64,000 nucleotides of DNA from Podospora anserina (taxonomy: Eukaryota). Within the stretch, counting starts at the first letter, position 1. Each line of letters starts with the position of its first letter. This document shows positions 1 to 13,200 of this stretch, piece by piece. Location: NCBI GenBank assembly GCA_017654855.1, contig CM030338.1:1-64000 (forward strand), in the 5' to 3' direction. Under the pieces are notes generated by a model that had not been told where the DNA came from, made no database searches, and saw only the letters and a program-made list of their open reading frames with translations. The position numbers were made by a program, and so were the translations under genes.

Positions 1-1560
1 TCATAGCGGTTAGTCTTATCATATCATTATATATATACAGCGGTTGGTATGCTTTTTTCTGTCGGTACTTTTTTTAATATATTTATAGCGGTTAGTCTTA
101 ACATATTATTATATATATATAGCGGTTGGTATGCTTTTTTCTGTCGGTACTTTTTTTAATATATTTATAGCGGTTAGCTTTAACATAATATTATATATAT
201 ATAGCGTTTAGTATGCTTTTTGCTGTTAGCACTTTTTTTAATATATTTATAGCGCTTAGTCTTAATATATTATTATATATATATAGCAGTTATTATGCTT
301 TTTACTATTAATAGTTCTTTTAATATATTTATAGCGGTTAGTCTTAATATATTATTATATATATATAGCGGTTAGCATGCTTTTTACTATAAATATAGCG
401 TTTAGTATTTCTTATACTATATATCGAGCGCTTAATTTTTATTTATTATATATATATATATTGCATTTAATATTTTTTTTCTTTATATATAGCGGTAAGT
501 ATTTCTTTATATATATATATATCGGTTAATATATCTTTACATATATATATAGCAGTTGACTTTTATATACTTTTATATATATATATATATAGCGGTTTAA
601 TACTTTTTTTACTATATAGATAGCGCTTAGTTTTAACGTATCTTTATATATATTTTTAGCGGTTAGCAATTTTTTCTATATATATATAGCGGTCAGCACA
701 TCTTTCTATATATATATAGCGGTTAGTACTTCTTTCCATATATTTATAGCGGTTAATCTTAACGGATCTTTCTATATATTTATAATAATTAAAATTTCTT
801 TTTATATATTTATAGCCGTTAGCATTTTCTTTATATATATATATAAGTTAATATTCCTTTCTATATTTATATAGCGGTTAACACTTTTTCCTTTTTATAT
901 ATACGGATTACTATTCCTTTCTATATTTCTATAGCGGTTAGTTTAACCTACCCTTATATATATATCGCGGTTAATACTTTTTTCTATATATATATACGGG
1001 TTACTATTCCTTTTTATATTTCTATAGCGGTTAGTTTTAACGTATCCTTATATATATATAGCGGTTAGTATTTCTTTCTATATATATATACGGGTTATTA
1101 TTCCTTTCTATATTTATATAGCGGTTAGTATTTCTTTCTATATATAGATACGGGTTACTATTCCCTTTTATATCTATATAGTAGTTAGTTTTAACGTATT
1201 TTTTTATATATATATATCGGTTAGTACTTCTTTCCATATATATATACGGGTTACTATTCCTTCTTATATTTATATCACAATTAGTTTTAACGTATTCTTA
1301 TATATATATAGCGGTTAATACTTTTTTTTATATATATATAGCGGTTAGTACTCTTATTACTATATATATAGCGGTTAATACTTTTCCTTACGTATATATA
1401 GCGCTTAATACTTTTTTCTATATATATATACCGGTTAATATTCCTTTCTATATTTATATAGCGGTTAGCACCTTATTTACTATATATATAGCGGTTAATA
1501 CTTTTTTTTTACGTATATATAGCGGGTTTAATACATTTATACTTATATATAGTTATTAGC
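1..1560. repeat. RIP-degraded satellite array (82-bp units, then ~30-40-bp units built on a GCGGTTAG core)
   Basis: TAGCG(G/C)TTAG recurs at 4, 86, 168, 250 and 332 (exact 82-bp period). After that, shorter units such as TATATATAGCGGTTAGTA(C/T)TT repeat to ~1550. Extreme TpA excess. Confidence 0.85.
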
Positions 1561-1565
1561 TTTTA

Positions 1566-3427
1566 ACGTATATTATAAGCGAGTGACCCATATAAGCGAG
1601 TGACCCACTTCCTTCGTGACATAACACCTTCGCACTTAACAACAATTTCCTTAACCATCCAAGATGCCTTTTAATTTAAATAAAGCCCACATAATCTTAG
1701 CCCTCCAAGCGCTTCAAAACGACAAGAATCTAAGCGAACGAGCCGCAGCTAAGATCTATGGAGTCGATCGTAAGACTCTAGGGCGTCGGCGCGCTGGCCG
1801 GCCTACACGACGCGATACTACACCCAAATCGAAAAAGCTTACTTAATCTGAAGAGGATATTATTGTTTAATACGTTATTGAGCTATATGCGCGAGCTTTT
1901 TTACTAAAATTACGTAGTATAGAAGATATGGCTAACCAACTGCTACGCGTACGCGACGCGCACCCTATTAGCAAACTCTAGGCACACAACTTCGTTAAAC
2001 GCTAGCCACAGCTCCGTACGCGTTTTACGCGTAAATACGACTACCAGAGGGCCAAGTACGAAGATCCAAAGGTTATTACCGAATAATTTACGCTCGTACG
2101 GAATATTAAAGCTAAATACGGTATTATAAATAACGATATTTATAACTTCGATGAGACTGGGTTTATAATAGGTATTATTTTTACGGGTATAGTAATTATA
2201 ACCTCGGACGGCCTTAATAAGGTAAAACTAGCCTAGCCTAGTAACCGCGAATAAATAACGGTAATCTAGGAAGTTAATACCCTCGGCTAGGCTATCCCTC
2301 CCTTTATTATTTTAGCTGCGCAGTACTACCTTACTAACTAGTATACCGAATATAATTTACTATTTACCTAGCGTATCGCAATTACTAATAATAACTAAAC
2401 TATTAATCCGGTAAGCCTAGATTGGATTAAGCACTTCGACTATTATATAGCGTCCCGTATAAAGGGTAAATACCGGTTATTAATCCTCGATAGTTACGAA
2501 AGCTACTATTCGACCGAATTTAAGCGCCACTACTAGTAGAATAATATTATTACGCTCTATATGCCTCTATACTCCTCCTACCTCCTCCAGCTACTTAATA
2601 TTAGTTACTTTAGGCCGCTAAAATAGGTGTACGGTCGCTAGATCGAGGACTTAATACGTATATATATTAACTATATAAATAAGCTCGAGTTCCTCTATGC
2701 CTTCCGCGAGGCCTTTTTCGCCTCTATAATAGAGAAGAATATATAGGGTAGCTTTGCGGGTGCTAGCCTTATACCGTACGATTTAGAGAGGGTACTTTCT
2801 AAGCTAGATATAAAGCTTTATACGCTAATACCTCTAAACTTACGGCCCGGTACTGCATAACCTTGGGTCTCTTAGACACTATATAACCCTCGAGAAGCTA
2901 ATTTATAATTAACGCTTATCAAGACTCGTATTACTAACTATCAAAATAGTTCCCTAACTTCAATGCTAGCTGCGGTAGACTAGCTTACTAAGGGTATAAC
3001 GGCTATAATGCACTAGGTGGCTCTCCTTCGTGCAGAGGTCTCTTCGCTCCGTAAGGCCAATAAGGTACTAAGTAAGCGCCGGAGAGCCAAAAAAACACGT
3101 GTGAGGCTTGGAGGGTCACTTACTGTACAAGAGGCACAGGATCTACTGGATTAGAAGGCCGTGGATAGAGAGGGAATGCAAGAAACGCAGCCGGATAATA
3201 GTAATGTAGGGGGGGCTCGTACGAAGGTTCGGTGCTGTGGTGTATGCGGTAAGCCTGGCTATAATGCGCGTACTTGCCAGGAGGCTGCAGAAGTATCTGA
3301 TTCAGCTGTTTCTGATGTAATTATAGTTAATTCCTTGTGTTGATGTGGTGCAATTGAGGATGGTTTGTCAGGGTGTGGTGGGAGGTGGGTCACTCGCTTA
3401 TATGGGTCACTCGCTTATAATATACGT
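1566..3427 (+). mobile_element. Fot1/pogo-family DNA transposon, RIP-inactivated
   Basis: TIR ACGTATATTATAAGCGAGTGACCCATATAAGCGAGTGACCCAC starts at 1566 and its reverse complement ends at 3427. TA target-site duplication at 1564-1565 and 3428-3429. Length 1862 bp. Confidence 0.95.
1664..3343 (+). pseudogene. Fot1/pogo DDE transposase pseudogene
   Basis: 1680-bp span in one frame. N-terminal HTH (LSERAAAKIYGVDRKTL), IYNFDETG, RIPed LILD(G)(H)ES(H) and C-terminal zinc knuckle CGVCGKPG(H>Y)NARTC. Many internal TAA/TAG stops are consistent with CAA/CAG/TGG transitions. Confidence 0.9.
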
Positions 3428-4308
3428 TATATAGTTTTATATATACGTATAGTAATTCGTGTTCCCTCTTACTAATATATAGTAGTTAGTCTTTATATAT
3501 CCTTATATATATATATAGCGGTTCGGGTACTTTCCTACTTATATATAATAATTATACATTCTTTAAATTTTTATATTATAATATATAGTTTTTTTTCGTT
3601 TATATATATTAAGTATTAATATTTATATATATATATATATATCAATCTAACTTTATTTATTTAATTTACAAAGAATAATAAATTTTATATTTTAAATTTA
3701 TTTAATTAATAATTTTTTTTTACTATATATTATACCCTTATTTAATTACTTCTTTCTTTCTTTCTTTATTAATTATTTAATTTCTTTATACTATTTAAAA
3801 ATATTAATAAAAAGTCTCTTTATATTTATTAATTTCTTTTTTATTATAAAATATTATTATTTTTTTCGTAAAATAGTACATTTAAAGTTTTATAAATATA
3901 TTTATATAAAGTTCGGCTATATTTTTAAAAGTATAAATAATAATATAAACTTTTTAAAGAATTCGGGGGTTTATAGGTTATATATATAAATAGTTTATTT
4001 TTAATATTTTATTTTAAATACGATATTGACTTTTCTTTTTTTATATTTTATATATTATACGTATATAGGCTATTCTAGCCCTCTAATTAGGCCGTTCCGG
4101 TATTTATTATATAGCTTGCGAGCCTATAATATCTTTTCTTTTTCCTACGTATAATATAGTTTACTAACAAACTTTTATTATATATATATCTTTATAATAT
4201 TATAATTAATTTTATATATTTTTCTACTATTATAATATAATATTTTTCTTTATTTTTACTTTTATTTATAAAATATATATATATATATATATTTTTAAAA
4301 AAAAAAAC

Positions 4309-4755
4309 TGTTGAGATATGTCGTCGGCAGGCTAGTTGTATGCCTTCCAGGTAGGTCGGAAGCAATTACCTGAAGACTTTAGGGTTTTTGGACTGCGAGG
4401 TACGACGGTGTAAGGTAGCACTAAAGGAAGGTAAGTATAGGGAACTATGCCCTGCAAAAGTATAGTAAACCAGTATATTAATTTTAACTGTTTGACTTAA
4501 ACTTAAGAAAGAAAAAGATCATTCCAAATACACTAGGAAGGAAGCCTTTTATAGACATCCAAAACCTCTTTTTCCTCCTTATCAATCCCCACAACTTCTA
4601 CCGGTTCAGTTAGCTACAGTAACTTATATAAAAACTTTATAGTTCCTTATAACCGCTATAAGCGTTATAGGCGCTATAGCTTAAAGCCTTTAAGTACTGT
4701 AAGCTACGAGAAAAAATATACTATAAAATCCATAAATAAGTACTGTATTTTAATA
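4309..4755 (-). repeat. LTR of the copia element (3' LTR)
   Basis: Direct repeat of 9574-10020, differing essentially by C/T and G/A transitions. Confidence 0.92.
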
Positions 4756-7700
4756 CCCCCTCTATAGCTATAATGCGTAGGTAGCTAGAACGGTCTAATG
4801 AGATTTAAGAGCTTTATAAATCTATTAAACAGAGCTGCCGGAAGAGCTTTAATAAGCCTATTAATTAATATTTTCTTAGTAAGTAAGTAAGTAATAGTAA
4901 CTACCCTAATAACTATAGCTTCCTTAACCCTTTAGAATTTAATAAATATATATTTTATTCGGCGGTTATACTTACTACTATAAATAATAATAATAGAACC
5001 TTCGTTATTATATAATAAGGGGGTAAGTTAGTAAATAAGTTTACCGATTTTCTAAAATAATCCCCTAAGCTATATAGCTTCTTTAAGGCCCTTTATAAGC
5101 CCTATAAACTCGGCTTCTAGGGTACTAAAAGAGACTGTAGAGGCTTTTTTAGACTTTTAATTAATAAGTCCTCTAGCGAATATAAATAACTAACCGTATA
5201 TTAATTTAATACTAGTTTTACACCTAACTTAATTACTATCCGTAAACCTAATAAATATTAAATCCTTATTCGAGCCGTAGCTAATAGCTAAATCTATAAT
5301 AGTATATAGGTAAGAAAGAAGGGATTTAGTAACTTTAAGGTATATTAAAGTAAATACTTTTAGGTACTATAATAACTACTAAATACTAAAGACTATATTA
5401 AACTTCGTTTAAACTATAGCGTATATAGTAGTGCCGATTAGTTACTAGTAAAGGTATTACTTTATAGGTATTGTAAAGCTTTTAAACTTATTATTATATC
5501 CTATAAGCCTTAGGCTTAAAGGAAGAAGTATAGGTTTAATATTAATATTAAAGTATTTAACGGCTTTATTAATATAAGTTTTCTAATAAAGCTAGAGGTA
5601 ACGATTTAGTTTATTACGTTCGATTTAAATATTTAAAAAATAACAAGCCGGGCTAAAATCTTTAATATTATAGTAGTTACCTATTACTTTCTTTAAGGCT
5701 TAAAGCTATAAGTACTATAAGCCTATAAATAAATAGTTATTAACGTAATTAATAAAAAAAATTATATAATTTAAATAGAAATAAGTAACTATATTTAAAA
5801 TTAATAGTTTAAAACCTAGTGCCCGGGCTATTATAAAAACCTTTTATTATTATAAGTAAAACGCTTATTTAAGGCTATAGAGAGACTTTTTTAAAAGTAT
5901 AATTTAGTTTTCTATAGGGTCCTAGTTAGCTTTTTTAAGTAGGGTTATAGCGGCTAAACTACTATAAAAAAACTTAGTTAGGCCCTACGGAAGTTTAATA
6001 TATATATCGAAATCGGTTTCCGAATTTAAAAAGGCTTTTACGAAATCTATTTACTTAATATCCTAGTCGAATACCGTAGTAATAACTAGTATAATCCTTT
6101 AGGTTAGAGGGCCTATAGTAAAAGCGTAAGTTTATAAAAAATTAATTTTTAAAATTTATTAGAATCTCCGGGTAATTAGCCGTACTTTATACTTTATTAT
6201 AATACCCTACGGGTTTTTCTTTTCTTTAAAAACTTAACGACTAATAATTAACTACTTTTTAACTTTTAAACGGTTAATAAAGTAAAAGGTTTTCGTTATA
6301 AAAAGTTATTATATTTCTATAAATACTATTTATAATTATTAGTCTTTATTAGGGTACTTTAGGACTTATTTAAAAGTATTAAGCTTTAAAAATATAGCCG
6401 TAAACTAAACTACTAGGGTTTCTAAGGACTTAGAGACTAAGTAACTAATAAGCTTAATATAATTTATTTTATTAATAGGCTTAAACTCCTTACGTTATTC
6501 CCGAGTCGCTTAAAGTAATAGGATCTTAATAATAGTAGAGGGTACTAGAATTCTAGGATCCGGTATTTAAATAGGGTCCTCTATAGGGGTCTAAATATCT
6601 AGCTTATTCTCTAAATCGTTAAACCGGTTTATTACTTTTAGTAAACTAATAAAGTTCGGTAGTTCTATAAGCTAGGTTTTAGGGTTTTCGTAAAACTTTA
6701 TAAAACTAGTTTAAATAACTTTATTTAAATTTAAGTAAACTAAGTAGGTTTAGTAACCGAGGACTATAAGGAACTAACCTTTAATTTCTTTAAGCGCAAG
6801 CTTCTCTCCTAAAACCCGGCTTTTAGTAAGGATATATACCGTAACTTCGGTATTAATAGCCTTATAATTTAGAAAACTAGGCCTATAGGCCGGTTAGTTA
6901 GGAAATAATTTATTATAAAAAAGTTAATAAGGTATAAGTTTTTTAAAGGATTATACTATTTTATTAATAATTTCGATTATAAACTAAATAATATAGCCCT
7001 AGAGAGTAGGTAGGAGGCTTAAAGCGAGTACTATAGCCCTTAATCGATTAAAAATAATATAAATAAAATACTTTACTAAACCGTTTTAGTTAGGGGTTCT
7101 AAAACTTAAAATATTAAAACTAATACTTTTCTTTACAAGATAAGCCTTTAAAGGTAGGATTTCTTTTCCCCTATTGTAGTAGAAATACTTTAAGTATTTA
7201 TAGAAAGAGTTTTTTAGGCTTTCGATTATTAAGCGGGCTTTTTAAATAATATTTTTTTTTAACTTTAGGGACTAAACGAAACGGTAATAGGTTTTTTAAT
7301 TTACTAAAATAAGGATGTAAACCTTTTTTATAAATAGAAGAGGCTTAATCGAAATAATATTTCCCTTAATCCGGTTTAAAGTAAATAAAAAGTTATTAAC
7401 GGCCTACTTAGAGGGCTTACGAAGGATTTTTACGGTATTATAGCTCTTGTAAATAAGATTTTTAAGCCGGATCTTCTATAAATTAAATATTCCTTCGGTA
7501 ATTAGAGAGGTCTTCTTTAGAAGGGTAAGGCTTATATAGCCTAACTATATATATTAAAGGATAGTAACCTTAATAAGTACTACTAAAGGTTCTTTAGAAG
7601 ACTCTTTAGAAAGCTTTACCGGTAAAATAATTAACGTTTAATCCTTAACCCCCTTTAGAATTTCGGGGGCTTTAAATTCTTTAAGGATCGTAAAAATCTT

Positions 7701-9573
7701 AAAGTCCTTTAAATTACTAAAATTTTTAGTATAAGCGCTATAATTATATTAATAATTATACTTTCCGGGGCAACTCTTTTTTTTAATTCCTAAAAAGAAC
7801 CCGGATTTATTAAAGTCGAGTAAGGTAATAAACCTCTTATTAATATTAAAGATCTTTTAATAAAATAAGGTTCCTTTAAAATAATAAAGGTACTTTTTAT
7901 TTATAATATTTAATAGGAAATTCGGAATATAAAAGCTTTTAAAAAGTAAAACCGTAAAATAATAAGCCCTTCCGTTCTTAATTCTAATATAAAAATAAAC
8001 CTTTATAATACCTTAGCTTACTAAGCTTATAGGGCCGCCCCCTATTTAAACCGAACTTAGGTTTTTAAGTACTAAAAAGTCTATAAAAAAATTTCTTTCG
8101 TTATATATATAAACGGTAAAGCCAATATCGAAAAGCTATACGCTTCGAAGGCCCTTATAAGCGTAGGTTATAGGGCTTTCTTTATTAAAAGAGGGATCTT
8201 TTAAAATATTATAGAATCCTATATTAAAATTAAAGTTTATTAAGAAAGAAATTTCTATAGTATCCGCTAGGGGCAAAAAATCCTATAAAGAATATTTTTT
8301 AAACTTATTTTTTTTCTTTTTTTTTTTCGAATCTCCCGAACTCTTTAAATCTATAGAGCCTTTAAAGTTCTTTAAACCCTTTAAACCCCCTAAACCCCCT
8401 AAAAATCCAGAATTTTTAAACTTATTTTTAAAAAATTTATCGTCCTTTTAGGCTTTAAAGTACTAAGACTATAGGGCTATAAGAGCCTAAGTAACTAAAG
8501 TAATTAAGTTCCGGGTTTCTATAAAAAAATTATTCTAAAAGAAGGAAAGATTAAATAGTTTAGCCGGGCCTAGATACGTTTAATAACGAATTAAAGCTCT
8601 ATAGCGTTTATACTATTATAAAAAACTATATTTTAAAATATTTAAATAATAATTAATTTAATTAATTTTCTAAATAATTATATTTAAGCCTTTAAGTTAA
8701 AAAATAAGGGTATTAAATTTAACGTTAAATTCCACTACCGTAAAGGAGCTATTAAATTTTAATAAATAGTAAAACTTATAAAACTTATTCCGAATAATTA
8801 ATTAAGTTAAGGTATATTATATTTATAGGCGTAGGAAGATAGTAGCCGGAGAGTCCTTTACTTCGATAATTTAAAGGGGACCCTATTAGAAAGTATTCCG
8901 GATAGTAAGGACTAGGTAAGCTTTAAGTATATCTGTTAGAATATTAGTAACCTTAATAAACTTACTAATAAAGTCTAGGATCCCTATAACCTTTAATTAA
9001 ATAATAAAAACCTAAATTTATTATTAATAATTATTAAGCCCTAAAAGCTTATCCTTTTTAATTAACTAAAAGGTTTATTTATTAAAGTCCTTTACTAAAA
9101 AAATAATAGCCGTAAGCGGAGTAAGAAGTATCGATAATAAGGAAGCGAAGGTAAGTATAACCGAAGGTATTAGTATAAGGGAGTCCTTTAAACGAAATAC
9201 CGAGTTTCTAATAGAAACTTATAATATAATAATTTTTTTATTTTAATAAATAACTATATTTTTTAGCTTTTTTATAAGTTTATTAAACTAAACTTTAAAG
9301 TAGGCTTTTAGTTAAGTAGCGATTTATTAATTTAAAGCGGTCGGGTTAATATTTAAGGGTAAGTTAAGAAAGGGAGGGACGTTTCCTATTTCTTCGTCTA
9401 TTATAGAAGACGAAGGCCTGGAAAGTAGGGCGTTAGTTAATAAATATAGAGCTAAGTATTCCAATTCTAAGGCTTAGTAGCCTATAAAAATAGGGTTTAC
9501 GGTGAGAAACCGCTGTGGGAACGTAAAATAAAGGAATTCGCTAAAGTTTAAATATAAGTCCGGGCTTATAACT

Positions 9574-10020
9574 TATTAAGATATATCGTCGGTAGGCTAG
9601 TTATATGCCTTTTAGGTAGGTCGGAAGTAATTACTTAAAGACTCTAGGGTTCTTGGATTGCGAGGTACGACGGTGTGAGGTGGCACCGAAAGAAGGTAAA
9701 TATAGGGAACTATGCTCTGCAAAAGTGTGGTAAATTAATATATTGATTTTAACTGTTTGACTTAAACTTAAGAAAGAAAAAGATTATTCTAAATATATTA
9801 GAAGGGGAGCCTTTTATAGGCATCTAAAACCTCTTTTTCCTCCTTATTAATCCCTATAACTTTTACCGGTTCAGTTAGCCACAGTGGCTTATATAAAAAC
9901 TTTATAGTTCCTTATAACCGCTGTGGGCATTATGGGCGCTGTGGCTTGAAGCCTTTGAGTGCTGTAAGCCACGAGAAAGAACATACTGTAAAATCCACAA
10001 ATAAGTGCTGTATTTTAACA
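9574..10020 (-). repeat. LTR of the copia element (5' LTR)
   Basis: Direct repeat of 4309-4755; ends TTAACA followed by the TSD AAAAC. Confidence 0.92.
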
Positions 10021-10299
10021 AAAACCGTAGTATTACTCTATTAACTTTAAATATTTCGTATAAATTTCCTCCTACACTTTAACTTAAATTAATATTATTA
10101 TAGAATATTTAATATCCAATACTTTTACCCGTATAAGTAACCGACGTACTACCCCTATTTTATTATTTAATATAACCCTATATTTCTAATAAAGTACTTT
10201 AATATCCTTTTTAAATTAATTTAAACCCCTTTTTTTAATTATAATTAACCCTATTATTAATTTTATTCCGTATAAATAATCTTTTTTAAATTTATAAAA

Positions 10300-13200
10300 T
10301 AAACCTTCGTTTTCCTTTAACGGTTCCCACTACCTATAAAACCTTTTTAAAACCCTACACTTATTACACCCTTAAAAACCTCCGTTTAATTTTTGTACGG
10401 TACTTAAATTTAAACCTTTAACCCTTAAAAACTAATTACTTAACTCTATATTTTTTTCTAAACCCGTTTATCCTTAAGTAAACCCTTTAATATATATAGC
10501 TTTTTTAATTTATTAAGAAGTTTAATTAATTACGGAATATTTTATATAATACCGTGGAATTTATAGGCCGTCGATTACTAAAATTCGTATCGTACGTATT
10601 CCTCCCTAAACTTAGTACACTCTAAAAAGTAAATTATATAGTTTACCTGTAATTATAAAAATACTTTAATTATAACCTCTACGTTTCGTATAATATTTTT
10701 TTTCCTTTCTTACTTTTTTATAATAACCTAATATTACTTTTCTTTATTAATAACTATATCGAAAGCCTACTTATCTATAGCCTCCGGAATTACTATATAA
10801 TAAAACCTATAAGCTTCCTCCTCTATTCGAAATAACTTCGTACGAGCTATACTAAAAAACCGTTTTTTATATAACCTATATAACTCCTTACCCTCCTTAT
10901 ACCCGGCCTTATCTATCCGCCCGTTTATTACCCGGAAAAAAATAATTCTATAATATAAGTTACTATCCTATACGAAATACTCTATTTTTAATAACGTTAA
11001 ATCTATAGCTTTAATAATTAACTTTCCGGCCGTACAATTCTTTATAAAAAAAATTACCGATTCGGCTTTTACTCCGTCTTTCCCGGTTCATCCGCTTTTT
11101 TAAATAAAGTCCCTTAATATCTTTAAAAGTTTAGTATAGAAAATATATTATATATTTAAAATATTAATACTAATATTTAAAGCAAATATTATTATAATAA
11201 TATTACCGCTTTTAATTTACCTTTATATAATCTTACTTTTCTAAATACTTTTTTTTATATTACTATAGTATATTAAATATTTAAATAAATATAAAATAGT
11301 TTTAATAAAATCGATCGAAAAGAAATAAATAATAACCTTTATACGAGGATTACGGTTACTAATAAAATTAACTTATTAATAAAGGGTTTAAAGGACGGCC
11401 TTTTAATCCCTATATTTAATTATAAAGTATTTAATATTTAACCGGAATATAATAAACCGTATAATAATTACCTTTTACGAATTAAAATATAAACTTTTAT
11501 AAAACCCTAATAAATTTTAAAGTAGGAGGGTAGCTATTAGGAAAAGTAATTATATCCCGATTAAAGCTATATATTAATCGATTTACTAAAGGAGTAATCG
11601 AAATTTATATAACGAGTTTAAAATAGTATAATATTTATTAAAAATAATTTAATTAAATTATTATTATACGTTAAGCTTATTAACGAAAGTCTTAAATATT
11701 TTAATATTAAAGGCCTCCGGGATTATAAAAATAATTTAATTAATTAAAACCTTTTTAAAACTTTAAATCGTATAATTAATCCCTAATTCTTTATAACGTC
11801 GGGCTATATTCTTTTATAGTACTATAAAAGAAAAAATAATAATAATAACCTTGTCTTTTATATAATAAATTAGGAGTAAAAAAATAATATTCTTTTTATT
11901 ACCTATTCCGGTAATATAAAGGATTAAACTAAACCCTTATATAATAGAAATTAATACTTTACGTTAATTACTTTTAAAATTAATATTAAAGTTATTAAGT
12001 ATTTAACGGAAATAACTTTTAATATTAAAGTTAGTTAAATACCGGAGTCGTCCTTACCGTATAATATAACGTTAGTTCTAAAAGAGGTTAGTTTTAGTTT
12101 ACTAAAGGGTTAAAGTATCGTCTAAATTAAAAATAAATAACTAATACTATAACTAACTAAACTTTATAAACTATTATTATTATATAGTATACCCTAATCT
12201 TCTTTAATTAATATATTTAATATATATTATTTTAATAATCTTTTCCGAATAACCGGTTTAAACCGTAATAATAAAATTAAAGCCCTTATTTTTGTTATCC
12301 TTATCGTAATTAAAATTAAACTTATTATAATTATCGGACGATAATATTATTTTATTTTTAATAAACTTTTTAAAATAAAATAAGTAAGAAATTAGTAAGT
12401 AATATTTACGGTAATATAATATTAAAATTAAATATTAATTTTAGATCCGAAATAGTATTTTATATATAATACGAAGGTCCGGCTAATTTTATTAAATAAT
12501 TATTAATTTTTTAGGTTATTGGAGGATATACTTTAGCCGGTACCCCTAAACTTAATATTTTTAAATAGCCGTATAAATTTAGAATCCTAAAAGAATAAGG
12601 TAAAGGTAAAAGCTTTATTAAATTAATATTATAAATTAAAGTAAAAGGAATAAATAAACTAAAAATATTATATAACGCTTATACTTAATTCTTTTAAAAA
12701 ATAATAATAAATAATTTTTAATTATTTAATATAGTTTAACCCTTTATTATACTGTAATAAGATTATAATTATACTATATTAAATAAATATATTTCTAAGC
12801 CCTCTAACTAATATATTATAGAACTTTATATTTAAAAGCTTTATTATATAAGGCGGTAACTTTATTAATAAATAAATAGTAATAAAAAGGAGGGATCGAA
12901 ACCTATTTACCCGGTTTAGGTATAACTAGGCCTCGGTCGTATAATAAATATAATTATCGCCTTATTTTTTTAATTAAAGTTAAGTAAGGGAAGGATTTTC
13001 GGTAATTTATTATATAATTTAATTTTAAGGCCGCCGGAAATATATATTATTAGGATCGGAAAGAAAGAAATATTTAATTTTATTCTAATTTATATTATCC
13101 TTTAAATTATTTTAAAAAAATTTTAAAATAAAAATATTCGATATTAACGAAAAAATTAGGTTTTAAACTATATAATTAATTTTATTAATTAAAATATATA

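Larger units (their letters stand above)
4309..10020 (-). mobile_element. Full-length Ty1/copia LTR retrotransposon, RIP-inactivated
   Basis: Two 447-bp LTRs (4309-4755, 9574-10020) with outer TG...CA termini and a 5-bp TSD AAAAC (4304-4308, 10021-10025). Minus-strand PPT AGAGGGGG next to 4755. PBS-like (G>A)GTTAT(G>A)AGCCC next to 9574. RIPed copia RT motif LKKSLY(G)LK(Q) on the minus strand near 5865-5895. Confidence 0.93.

Noticed and set aside
1037-1237. 66-aa repetitive ORF (YIYIERNTNR)
   Set aside because: Chance read-through of the RIPed satellite.
1-1560. Telomeric repeats
   Set aside because: GCGGTTAG only resembles GGGTTAG; there is no tandem TTAGGG/CCCTAA run.
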